A DNA stretch of 64,000 bases from an uncultured Candidatus Saccharibacteria bacterium (GTDB lineage Bacteria > Patescibacteriota > Saccharimonadia > Saccharimonadales > Saccharimonadaceae). Position 1 is the first letter of the stretch. Each line of letters begins with the position of its first letter. Of this stretch, positions 11,501 to 18,788 are shown piece after piece. A program made the translations under genes and the position numbers. Below the pieces are notes generated by a model that had not been told where the DNA came from, ran no database searches, and saw only the letters and a program-made list of their open reading frames with translations. Where the stretch lies: the NCBI GenBank assembly GCA_964388235.1, contig CAYLXN010000001.1, positions 15,655 to 79,654 on the forward strand. Direction: 5' to 3'.

Positions 11501-12813
11501 GGTTCAGAGATGGAATTGGCGACACAGTTATTAGCAAATACCTTACAATCAACTCGTTTTTTAGTGTTGGTAGTGTGGGTTTCTTCGCACATTTTCAAGA
11601 TCGCATTTGGAGCTCGGGAGTTGATATCTTTTTCTTCCTCGTTTTCGCTGTATTGAGGATTGTAATTGATTTGATTGGATTTATCCAAGAAGCGAGCATC
11701 AATAGCGCTACAGTCCTCGCTAGTGGCCAAGTCAGCCATTATTTCTGAGAGTGATTTATCACATTCTTTTTCGAGGGCGTCAATTAATTTTTCATTTTGG
11801 CAATCTTTGCTGCAATATTCTGGCAGGGCTTGTTTGACGACTTCATTGTCGGTTTCGGGGCAATTGGAGCTACATAAATCCCTAATTTTAGTTACCTTGC
11901 CAGCTCGTACACCGCCAGCGCATTCGTTGGCTTCAAAATCTTGGCCAAGAAAAGAATTGACACCTCTAGCTACAGAAATCTTTTTTCCAATCATCGGAAT
12001 GAATATCTCATTGGCAGCGGCTTCTAGTGATTGAGCGTCATTGCAGTTTTTAAAAATAAATTGATTATCTTTGCCTGGATTTTTTGTATTAAAAAATCCT
12101 TCTAATACCCTAGAAAAAGGAGCCGCATTTTTACATGGATTGTGTTTGCTTCCATCGCCGCTATGCATGATAACTTGTTTGGTGCCTCCATTATATATTG
12201 ATTGGCAAATTAAATTGGGATCATTTGGGTCTTGACGAGTTGAGGCTAAGATTTTACCACTGCCTGATACTGGGTCGATATCTACAATCAGCCCAAACTT
12301 GTCAGCTGCAGTGATGTTCTTGGTTTGTGAGGTTTTATTGGCTTCTGTATAGAGCGCTTGCAAAAAATCTGACGTATAATATTCGCCAACTGATAAATTA
12401 GCGTTAGCTTTAGTGAAAGTAACCGAACCCTCTTGAGCGTCGTATATTGCCCCGCTAGCATTGGTTTCACTGAGTTTCTTGGCAATCTCTTTCCAAATAC
12501 CACCTTTCATGACAATTTGACCGTTTTCGTAAGTGGCGGTTGTCGAGGTGATCACTTCACAGTTTGGGTCACCACCACTAGCGGGTTTGCAGTAGCAAGG
12601 CTCACCTGAGTCAGCACACCAAAAACTACCCGCCCGACAATTGCCATCGGCACTGGCTTTGGTTTTGTCTTTAAAACTAATCGTCCCTCCAGAACTGACT
12701 GAACTTTGGGCCAGAGCGTGATTAGTGGAGACACCACTAATGTAAGTTAAACCTAAGCAAAAAATCGCCAGCAAACCGATTATTTTGGCTAAACTCCACC
12801 TATTCGTAGACAT
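8572..12813 (-). CDS. VirB6/TrbL-like polytopic membrane protein, paralog 4 of 5 (1413 aa, Cys-rich ectodomain, about 700-aa tail)
   Basis: It has a signal peptide and an ectodomain of about 470 aa with roughly twenty Cys by my count. Core motifs are CAALDTDLITAKWIVCP, WGVVRNIAFS, LLISYITNN, LPKLLI, ILGDN, SIPNLDN and VYPITV. It overlaps paralog 3 with a 4-nt ATGA overlap. A TATAAT at 12826-12821 (minus) lies 7 nt before its ATG. Confidence 0.55.
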   Translation of the reverse strand: MSTNRWSLAKIIGLLAIFCLGLTYISGVSTNHALAQSSVSSGGTISFKDKTKASADGNCRAGSFWCADSGEPCYCKPASGGDPNCEVITSTTATYENGQIVMKGGIWKEIAKKLSETNASGAIYDAQEGSVTFTKANANLSVGEYYTSDFLQALYTEANKTSQTKNITAADKFGLIVDIDPVSGSGKILASTRQDPNDPNLICQSIYNGGTKQVIMHSGDGSKHNPCKNAAPFSRVLEGFFNTKNPGKDNQFIFKNCNDAQSLEAAANEIFIPMIGKKISVARGVNSFLGQDFEANECAGGVRAGKVTKIRDLCSSNCPETDNEVVKQALPEYCSKDCQNEKLIDALEKECDKSLSEIMADLATSEDCSAIDARFLDKSNQINYNPQYSENEEEKDINSRAPNAILKMCEETHTTNTKKRVDCKVFANNCVANSISEPNNGGDICAALDTDLITAKWIVCPLATTSVSAADKSSSLLDSLISVNPNIIDQRVESIWGVVRNIAFSIIVIGFLVLLISYITNNGLSNYQIKIMLPKLLISVLLVTISLYLSRLIITVADILGDNIGGLIDGVTKAIPGPQLKIAAIVTGSILTVAAVAGSVILLGGLFFLLVILPAVFIGLTFAVFLLSFRYAAIILLVILAPLAIATMSIPNLDNVFNKWLKMFIACVSVYPITVLILSLSKLTSKILTNASGNILFQLAAFALPALSILLVPKIIIELMRGVPIAGAKLSQSFEKLTGAGWNFGKNLPASQAIRDQQSLKNKQFLYGAVPGDGLKANLSKKSGRIMSKLGRNSYFNRLTGGIVAKSTNKVNYTQSKMANDITDSIKHSPALIRAIHMGSSEGLNTEDRAVYDAITARYGKNSQIFQFSAANAAIINGVSNPQFYIDVYKKAYEQGADLSVIENELKKARITALKNGQVQQVAIIESIIGYEAYTPPKNVQAIRSSIGSSQAYSVGPDKTVTLNIDQVISREVINNFNNNSNTKLDFSAIENEAIQQIRNDVLTGSNTMSLTDSEKNSIINQATADLKSRLTKLSTGYNDMDVNSLVNVLTATTINVGIGNGGVNAITNTQNNNMIQIRKGLASLQNLDQKKMALISKYINQERLANGDKEFVIDPSDDSHPDLKILFFDQNTIGDITQENSFMEVIKKATAKKKNIQDNDWSLADNDGYNFKPLLVKDIKIDQNILNAKAKDAAKGFGILSINSNQYLQRGPAANNQQDLRTAKEKLAAELYSSGSDIATSTTDIVKSMIRDLPEDPQRIRQTNLYDVLKSYDHLDPVVIANLDESILEAAKLLYKSQHHMHTHNGTSFTTIKNEIKQPPAVDPVTGTLLPLEEQPFFASAHGHDLLTNNEKNAINQTLLDSMNAYSKALGNNTAFGSVNEAFTSLGITQFNPDDTREVIVANGITPDRIVL

Positions 12814-12880
12814 AAGCTTTATTATACACGAAAAGCCAAAAATGATTAAGCAAGTTTAAATGATTATACGGGTGGAGAGA

Positions 12881-15580
12881 TTAATTATTTAGAAAATTAT
12901 CCAAGCCGTTTTTTAGTTCTTCAAGCTGAGCCCTAGCTGCTGGCTTGAGGGTTTTAGCCAATTCTTCGGAATTTAATACACTGTTGGCGTTGTCTAGAGT
13001 GCGCCGCATCATATCTCTTGATTCTGGTTTGGTTTTTAAGGCGGCTAAATAATCACCAACCGTTGTTGTAATGGTTTGATTGCCGTCTTTGTATTTAAAA
13101 CTATAGCTTGGGTCTTTAAAAACTGAAGCATATTTTTCCAAACCTTTTGGATCTTCTTTTGATAATCCATCAATTGACAACGACCCTTTGGACATATTGT
13201 CCAAAGCCGCTTTGACGAGTAAATCAGGATCGAATTTACCGTGAGCGATCTGCTCAGGTATGTTTCCGCCATAAACAGAAACCTTATCTGGAATACCATT
13301 AGGATACATACTAGAGCCAACTACTTCGGCCAGAACATGAGCGCTGCCGCCTTCTTTAGTGGCAGCAATAATCTTATCTACATTGGGGGCAAAGGCTATT
13401 TTCATTTGGTTAATAGCGGCTGTTTCTCTAACTAATAAATCATTAACATCAAAGGTTTTATGGGAAACCACCTTATTACCGTTGGCATCATAATCAACAT
13501 GAGAAGCGGTGATAGATCTGTTACCTAAAATTAAGTCCATCTCATCTTCACCTTTTAGGCCATAATGTTCAAACAATTTAGCCATATTTTCAACATTTTC
13601 AGAGTGTTCTTTGCGTTGAGCTGCAATGGCTTTCGATAGAACTCGGTTTTTACCAGCGGTAGTGCCTCTCTCAACACCGGCTGCATCCATCAAGAAGGTC
13701 GTTCTAGGAGCAACACCAAAACTAACTGGCACTTCCATATCCTTGGCTAGTAAGTCATTATAGGTTTGGGCTTTGACTGATTCAGCCACACTAGTGGCGC
13801 TTTCATCGAGTCTTCGCTGTAGGCTGGCTTTGGCGATTTCAACTTCCCAGTTATTATCCAAACTAGACCAATTAACTTCGAATTTCTTAGTGGCTTCATT
13901 ATAGGTAGGTTTCACCTTTCGCAAGGTTTCAGCGCGCAATTCTTGCTCTTTGCGCTCAAGGTGCTGTTTTGAAGCTTCGAGTGAATCGTTGGCGTAGGTA
14001 TTTAATAAACTAGTTTTAAAGGCACGATCGTTGACATTAGCCATGTCTTTTTTAATCTGGGCTTCTCTTATATTGCCGTAAGCTTCGGTTCGTTGAGTGC
14101 TCAGACGTTTTTGCTTGTCAGCAAATTGAGCAATCTTTTGAGTGAAGCCGCGGGCTCGATTTTCATCCGAAATATAGCGAGCCTTGGCTTCGTCCTTCTT
14201 TGAATCAGAGTAATTTTTGACTTGATTTTGGAAGCGATCCAGAAAACCTTTGGATTTATCGTTAACCAAGCCAACTAGTCGATCGCCCGCTTTGACTAAC
14301 ACAGGAGCAACAATCAGTGGCGCTACCCGAACCAATAAGCCTAAAATAACCATCGGAAAACCATCGGCTGTGTGAATAATTACATCGCCAGCTAGTTGTG
14401 AGGCGCCAAATAACAGTGAAAATAAAGGAAACACGGCTAACATATTGATAAATGTTTGGCGCCATTTATCAAATAAATCCTCAGTATTTGGTAAAAGCAT
14501 AGCTACACAAGCGATTGGGGCGATCGCCACTAAAGCTATGATGATCGCTTGTCGGGCTGCCAGGGTAATGATAGCCACAATGACCGCGATAGTGGCGCCA
14601 ACCAAGCTTGGTAATACTAAAAAGAATGATGCAACTACCCCACCCGCTGAGGCAATGGCGAAATTAATACCTGCGATAGCGGTGGCTCCAGACAAGATGG
14701 CGGCAGTGAGGTCTTTCCAATTAAGATCAGCGCTACTTTGACTGCCACTCAACGATTGAACCCGGATATTTTCAAAAAAATCATAAGTATTGTAGCCAAT
14801 GATATTAAAAACATCGATAGTTAATGAGCAGAGATAATAAGACAAATTAACCAAAGCCGCAGCTACAATTAACTTTGGTAGAAGTTTTTTGACTTCATAA
14901 ACCGAAAAGGCGTTGTTGGTCATATAAGAATAAATCAACAGTAAGCCAGCCACTACAAATAGTGAATTGGCAATGCCTCGCATGATGCCCCAAACTTTAA
15001 ACAAAACGGTATTGTTTCCAGTTGGTAATGGTTGAATTTCGACGAACTTGACCACCACATCAAATAGATAATCCATACCTTCGGCTAAGAAGTTACTAAT
15101 TGGACATACCAGCCAGCCAAGAGTTGGGATGTTGCAGGTTTTGGCATAGTCTGATTTGTTTTCATAAGGAGTTAAGTTTTGAGTATTTGAGGGGTTGGTC
15201 GGCCTACCGGTTTGTGGGTCAAGCTTGTAGGTTTGATAATTATAAGCGGTTGAATTTTTTGGATCTTGTTCATCGCTAGGAGCGATCGCTTCCATAGTGC
15301 CATTGTTTTCGTAAGACCAGTACTTTGTACCAGGAGCAAAACTCGTGCCGTCATCTCGGGCTGAAGTTTTCGGTCCAGAAAAGGTTTTGCCCTGATATTC
15401 GATCGAATCGCCCTGCCACTTAATGTCACTCGCTTCGATTGCTAAAGAATTATGATTCAGATAGAACAGATTAAATAAGGTCGCAACAAAAACAATTGCG
15501 ACTCCAATTATAAGTGACCTAATTCTAGTTGAATTAGGAAGCGGTAATTTTGCCTCCAACATACCATGCAATAATATCAT
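12881..15580 (-). CDS. VirB6/TrbL-like polytopic membrane protein, paralog 5 of 5 (899 aa), first gene of the operon
   Basis: It has an anchor helix and an ectodomain of about 130 aa. Core motifs are TCNIPTLGWLVCP, WGIMRGIANSLF, LLIYSYMTNN, LPKLIV, NLSYY, NIIGYN, LLPNTEDL and VFPLFS. The tail is about 430 aa and predicted coiled/charged. The true start may be the Met 6 codons downstream (15562). Confidence 0.55.
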   Translation of the reverse strand: MILLHGMLEAKLPLPNSTRIRSLIIGVAIVFVATLFNLFYLNHNSLAIEASDIKWQGDSIEYQGKTFSGPKTSARDDGTSFAPGTKYWSYENNGTMEAIAPSDEQDPKNSTAYNYQTYKLDPQTGRPTNPSNTQNLTPYENKSDYAKTCNIPTLGWLVCPISNFLAEGMDYLFDVVVKFVEIQPLPTGNNTVLFKVWGIMRGIANSLFVVAGLLLIYSYMTNNAFSVYEVKKLLPKLIVAAALVNLSYYLCSLTIDVFNIIGYNTYDFFENIRVQSLSGSQSSADLNWKDLTAAILSGATAIAGINFAIASAGGVVASFFLVLPSLVGATIAVIVAIITLAARQAIIIALVAIAPIACVAMLLPNTEDLFDKWRQTFINMLAVFPLFSLLFGASQLAGDVIIHTADGFPMVILGLLVRVAPLIVAPVLVKAGDRLVGLVNDKSKGFLDRFQNQVKNYSDSKKDEAKARYISDENRARGFTQKIAQFADKQKRLSTQRTEAYGNIREAQIKKDMANVNDRAFKTSLLNTYANDSLEASKQHLERKEQELRAETLRKVKPTYNEATKKFEVNWSSLDNNWEVEIAKASLQRRLDESATSVAESVKAQTYNDLLAKDMEVPVSFGVAPRTTFLMDAAGVERGTTAGKNRVLSKAIAAQRKEHSENVENMAKLFEHYGLKGEDEMDLILGNRSITASHVDYDANGNKVVSHKTFDVNDLLVRETAAINQMKIAFAPNVDKIIAATKEGGSAHVLAEVVGSSMYPNGIPDKVSVYGGNIPEQIAHGKFDPDLLVKAALDNMSKGSLSIDGLSKEDPKGLEKYASVFKDPSYSFKYKDGNQTITTTVGDYLAALKTKPESRDMMRRTLDNANSVLNSEELAKTLKPAARAQLEELKNGLDNFLNN

Positions 15581-15661
15581 CTACTAGGATAAAAGTCAAT
15601 CAATATAACCCTAATTTGCTAAAAGTAAAAGTTTATGTTTATAATTTAACAATTTAAAATC

Positions 15662-15690
15662 TTGCAAGCTGGTTAATAATTAGTTATAAT
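15662..15690 (+). promoter_or_regulatory. Sigma70-type promoter for the pilin-like array (TTGCAA-17 nt-TATAAT)
   Basis: TTGCAA at 15662-15667, a 17-nt spacer, and TATAAT at 15685-15690. The ATG at 15701 lies 10 nt downstream with no obvious SD. It sits in the 120-bp divergent intergenic region. Confidence 0.5.
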
Positions 15691-15700
15691 CAAATCAATT

Positions 15701-16219
15701 ATGAAGAAAATTTCAACAAAAAAAATAAAAAAAGCCACTAAAATATTTGTAGTCAGTGCGTTTAGTTTTGGGTTATTAATATTATCAGTAGCAAACACCT
15801 CTTCTGTGATTGCGAACAATCAATACTATCCTGGAGCTAGTGTAAATAATCCTGGTAGTTCTAGCTCATCCGGAGGAGCTCCAGGCTCAACAGGTACCGG
15901 TACTGGAAATAGCAGCAACAACAGTAGCAATAGTAATAGCGGCGGCAGCGGCTCAACTGGGATTGATCAATGTAAGGGTCGAACTGATGGTAGCGGCATT
16001 AACTGTTTAGTCGAATTAGTAGTTAATATTTTAAGTATGGCGGTTGGCGGCGTGGCGCTGCTGATGATGGTTGTGGGGGCTGTAATGTATGCTTCGGCTG
16101 GTGATGATTCTGGTCGAGTGGCGGCTGCAAAAGGAATTATTACTAAAACTGTCATCGGAGTAATCGTTTATGTCTTTTTGTACGCAATTCTCAACTTTGT
16201 TATTCCAGGTGGTATTTAG
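15701..16219 (+). CDS. T4SS pilin-like (VirB2/TrbC-type topology) protein 1, with long S/G/N-rich linker
   Basis: 172 aa with a signal peptide and a low-complexity stretch (GSSSSSGGAPGSTGTGTGNSSNNSSNSNSGGSGSTG). One Cys (C91, in QCKGR) follows the linker and a second (C102) lies in the NCLVELVV helix start. Then come two hydrophobic helices flanking an ASAGDDSGRVAAAKG loop, the same layout as the downstream paralogs. Confidence 0.55.
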   Translation: MKKISTKKIKKATKIFVVSAFSFGLLILSVANTSSVIANNQYYPGASVNNPGSSSSSGGAPGSTGTGTGNSSNNSSNSNSGGSGSTGIDQCKGRTDGSGINCLVELVVNILSMAVGGVALLMMVVGAVMYASAGDDSGRVAAAKGIITKTVIGVIVYVFLYAILNFVIPGGI

Positions 16220-16887
16220 TGATGAAACAAAAAATGAATTTAATTATATTGACGCTTATTGCTAGTCTTGGTTTTTGCTTAATAATCCCCTCCTCATCTG
16301 TATTAGCTTCGTGTAGTGGTGGTCAGAAAATCTTAACTTTTCCATTTTGGTATGACGGCGCTTTAGACGCTAATTGTAATCCTACTGGCAGTGAAAGTCA
16401 GATGGTTAATAGGATCATTCTGAACGTTGCCGATATTATTTTTCAATCGGTAGCTTATATATCAGTGGTGTTTGTGATAATTGGTGGTTTCAAATATATG
16501 ACAGCCATGGGTGATCAAGGGATGATGGCGAGCGCTAAAAAGACAATTGTCAATGCCGTGACTGGGTTGGTAATTGGGGCTTTATCATCAGCAATAATTA
16601 ATCTCGTCTTTAAGACTTTCATGGGTAGTAGTTCGTCGAGTGGTGGTTTACCAGAAGTTAATCTTGATAATACTGCTATTAAAAATGGACTCAACACTGC
16701 CTTTGGTTGGGCGGGAGTGATTTGTGTGATAGTTATTATCGGTAGTGGCTTGCTGTATGTGACCGCCGTTGGTGATCAGGCGAAAATCACTAAAGCTAAG
16801 AAAACACTCATCGGCGCAGTGATTGGTTTGATTGTGGTGATCATGAGTTTTGCAATAGTTAACTTTGTCTTAGGATCGATTGGGTAG
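16219..16887 (+). CDS. Tandem (fused) double T4SS pilin-like protein 2
   Basis: 222 aa with a signal peptide followed by two consecutive helix-loop-helix pilin modules (..VFVIIGGFKYMTAMGDQGMMASAKKTIVNAV.. and ..VIIGSGLLYVTAVGDQAKITKAKKTLIGAV..). An ATG at 16222 is the more likely start. The GTG at 16219 overlaps the upstream stop. Confidence 0.55.
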   Translation: MMKQKMNLIILTLIASLGFCLIIPSSSVLASCSGGQKILTFPFWYDGALDANCNPTGSESQMVNRIILNVADIIFQSVAYISVVFVIIGGFKYMTAMGDQGMMASAKKTIVNAVTGLVIGALSSAIINLVFKTFMGSSSSSGGLPEVNLDNTAIKNGLNTAFGWAGVICVIVIIGSGLLYVTAVGDQAKITKAKKTLIGAVIGLIVVIMSFAIVNFVLGSIG

Positions 16888-16890
16888 GTT

Positions 16891-17250
16891 ATGAAAATAA
16901 AAACATTAATCTTAGTTGTCTTTACGACTTTAACCCTAACTGGTGGCTTAATGATGCCCAGTGTTTACGCCACTAATCCCTCGTGCTCAGCTTCTGGTAA
17001 TTCTAATGTAGTTTGTCGTAACAACCCAGACCTCAATACTGTCACTAAGAATGTTCTAAAAGGATTATTTGCCATAATTGGCGCTCTGAGTGTGATCGTA
17101 ATTATTGCCAGTGGAATTATATACGCCACCTCAGCCGGAGATCAGGGTCGGATTACTATGGCTAAACAGGCTTTATTTGGGGCGGTAATCGGTTTAATAA
17201 TTTCGATCCTCGCTTACGCAATCGTCAACTTTATTGTTGATAAATTTTAA
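16891..17250 (+). CDS. T4SS pilin-like protein 3
   Basis: 119 aa with a signal peptide and a Cys pair. The pilin module reads LFAIIGALSVIVIIASGIIYATSAGDQGRITMAKQALFGAVIGLIISILAYAIVNFIV. Confidence 0.6.
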   Translation: MKIKTLILVVFTTLTLTGGLMMPSVYATNPSCSASGNSNVVCRNNPDLNTVTKNVLKGLFAIIGALSVIVIIASGIIYATSAGDQGRITMAKQALFGAVIGLIISILAYAIVNFIVDKF

Positions 17251-17318
17251 TTTTTATTAGTAATCTGAATATGCTAAAATATTTAGCAAGTTTTAACTAA
17301 AGAAAGGAATAAAACAAT

Positions 17319-17687
17319 ATGAAACAGGCGTCAAAGCGAATCATTGCTGGCGGCTTAACCTTAGGAGCTGGTCTAAGGTCTCAATCAGCGTTGGCTATTT
17401 CGGAGCTGAAAAAAGGTATAGCCGATGTTAATCCCGGAGGACCAACCGATCTTATGGGTAGTGACGGTATCTTTAAGAAAGCCGTTAACGTTCTCCTGTT
17501 CTTGATCGGTGCAGTGAGTGTGATTATGATTATCTACGGTGGCATTCGTTATGTGACTTCTGGCGGCAATCAAAACCAAGTTACCGCTGCTAAAAATACC
17601 ATTCTCTACGCTGTAGTCGGCTTGGTAATTGCGATTTTAGCTTACGCCGCAGTTAACTTTATCGTTTCTTCATTCACAACTCCATAA
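17319..17687 (+). CDS. T4SS pilin-like protein 4
   Basis: 122 aa with the module LLFLIGAVSVIMIIYGGIRYVTSGGNQNQVTAAKNTILYAVVGLVIAILAYAAVNFIV. It has its own upstream -10-like box (TGCTAAAAT) and an AAAGGA SD. Confidence 0.6.
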   Translation: MKQASKRIIAGGLTLGAGLRSQSALAISELKKGIADVNPGGPTDLMGSDGIFKKAVNVLLFLIGAVSVIMIIYGGIRYVTSGGNQNQVTAAKNTILYAVVGLVIAILAYAAVNFIVSSFTTP

Positions 17688-17758
17688 TTTGGTTTACAAA
17701 TAATAACGGTTGTGCTATAAATAATAAAGAATAATATAAATTAATAAAGGAAAAGAGT

Positions 17759-18163
17759 ATGAAACAAAATATAAAAACTTTAATCATGATGTCACTGCTG
17801 GTGCTAGGTTTTTCGGCGGCAGTAACTGGCGTGTTTAATTACGGAGCCGTTATGGCTTCATCAGGAAGTTTTACTTTGAAAGATGGTATTGATTCAGCTA
17901 AACCTGCTGAAGCTCCAGAGGATTTATTTGGTAATGCTGGTATTTTTCAGACAGTAGTTAATGTCCTGCTGTTTTTGATCGGTGCAGTTAGTGTGATTAT
18001 GATTATCTACGGTGGTATTCGTTATGTGACTTCTGGCGGCGACCAAGGGGCAATTACTTCAGCTAAAAATACAATCTTGTTTGCGGTGGTTGGCTTAATT
18101 GTAGCTATCCTGGCTTACGCAATTATTAGGTTTGTTGTCAGTTCATTCGGTATTAGTATTTAA
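17759..18163 (+). CDS. T4SS pilin-like protein 5
   Basis: 134 aa with the module LLFLIGAVSVIMIIYGGIRYVTSGGDQGAITSAKNTILFAVVGLIVAILAYAIIRFVV. It has its own -10-like box and an AAAGGAAAAG SD. Confidence 0.6.
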   Translation: MKQNIKTLIMMSLLVLGFSAAVTGVFNYGAVMASSGSFTLKDGIDSAKPAEAPEDLFGNAGIFQTVVNVLLFLIGAVSVIMIIYGGIRYVTSGGDQGAITSAKNTILFAVVGLIVAILAYAIIRFVVSSFGISI

Positions 18164-18182
18164 AGAAAATTACACTTATAGA

Positions 18183-18215
18183 ATAGCAGCCCTTAACTAG
18201 AGCTGCTATTTTTTA
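18183..18215 (+). terminator. Intrinsic terminator after the pilin array
   Basis: Hairpin ATAGCAGC (18183-18190) / GCTGCTAT (18202-18209) followed by a T-run. Confidence 0.6.
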
Positions 18216-18231
18216 TTTGTTAAATTATTAT

Positions 18232-18267
18232 AATAAAAATAGACTAATGATAATTCACTAGTCTATT
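18232..18267 (-). terminator. Intrinsic terminator after hsp20-family gene
   Basis: 9-bp stem AATAGACTA (18238-18246) / TAGTCTATT (18259-18267). A T-run follows on the minus strand. Confidence 0.45.
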
Positions 18268-18284
18268 TCTCGGTAATTCTTTAT

Positions 18285-18788
18285 TTATAGGTCAGACACG
18301 ACAGGTATCTTAACTGGAATTTGTTGTTGAATCTTCTCAAAGCTGATAGTCAATACTCCATCCTTGAGTACTGCCTCGACTTCATCTTCCTTGACAGGAA
18401 TTGGTAAGGCTAAGGTCCGGGTGAACTCTCCCCAGTAGCACTCCATAATGTGATAAGCCGAAACATCTTCTTCGTCACCGCTCGATAAAGTACCACTAAT
18501 GGTCAGAATCCCTTCTGAGATGCTGACATCAAGTTCTTTTTTATCAACCCCAGCTGTTCTAGCTTTGATTATTAGCTTTTCTGGTGTTTCGAAAACGTCA
18601 ACCGCTAGCTGTCCAGGAAAATCTTCTTCATCTTCCCAGGTTGTCTCTTCTTGGTCTTCTGGTTCGGGTGTGGTGTCTTCTTGAGGTTCGGTTTCTGTTG
18701 GTTCGTCGACTAACTCGCTATCGTCGCCCAAGAATCCCGACACTAAGTCGTCATCTATTAAAAGGTCATTTTCGTTTTTTTGAGCCAT
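18285..18788 (-). CDS. Hsp20/alpha-crystallin family small heat-shock protein with acidic N-terminal extension
   Basis: The alpha-crystallin domain is recognisable (DVFETPEKLIIKARTAGVDKKELDVSISEGILTISG...GEFTRTLALPIPVKEDEVEAVLKDGVLTISFEK). A GGAGGAG SD lies upstream. Confidence 0.8.
   Translation of the reverse strand: MAQKNENDLLIDDDLVSGFLGDDSELVDEPTETEPQEDTTPEPEDQEETTWEDEEDFPGQLAVDVFETPEKLIIKARTAGVDKKELDVSISEGILTISGTLSSGDEEDVSAYHIMECYWGEFTRTLALPIPVKEDEVEAVLKDGVLTISFEKIQQQIPVKIPVVSDL

Noticed and set aside
793-18163. The VirB6-like and pilin-like locus being part of an ICE, conjugative plasmid or prophage
   Set aside because: No relaxase, coupling protein, integrase, replication or phage structural genes are visible. 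The right flank is ordinary housekeeping (hsp20, comFC, tRNAs), and the left flank is unknown beyond position 1.
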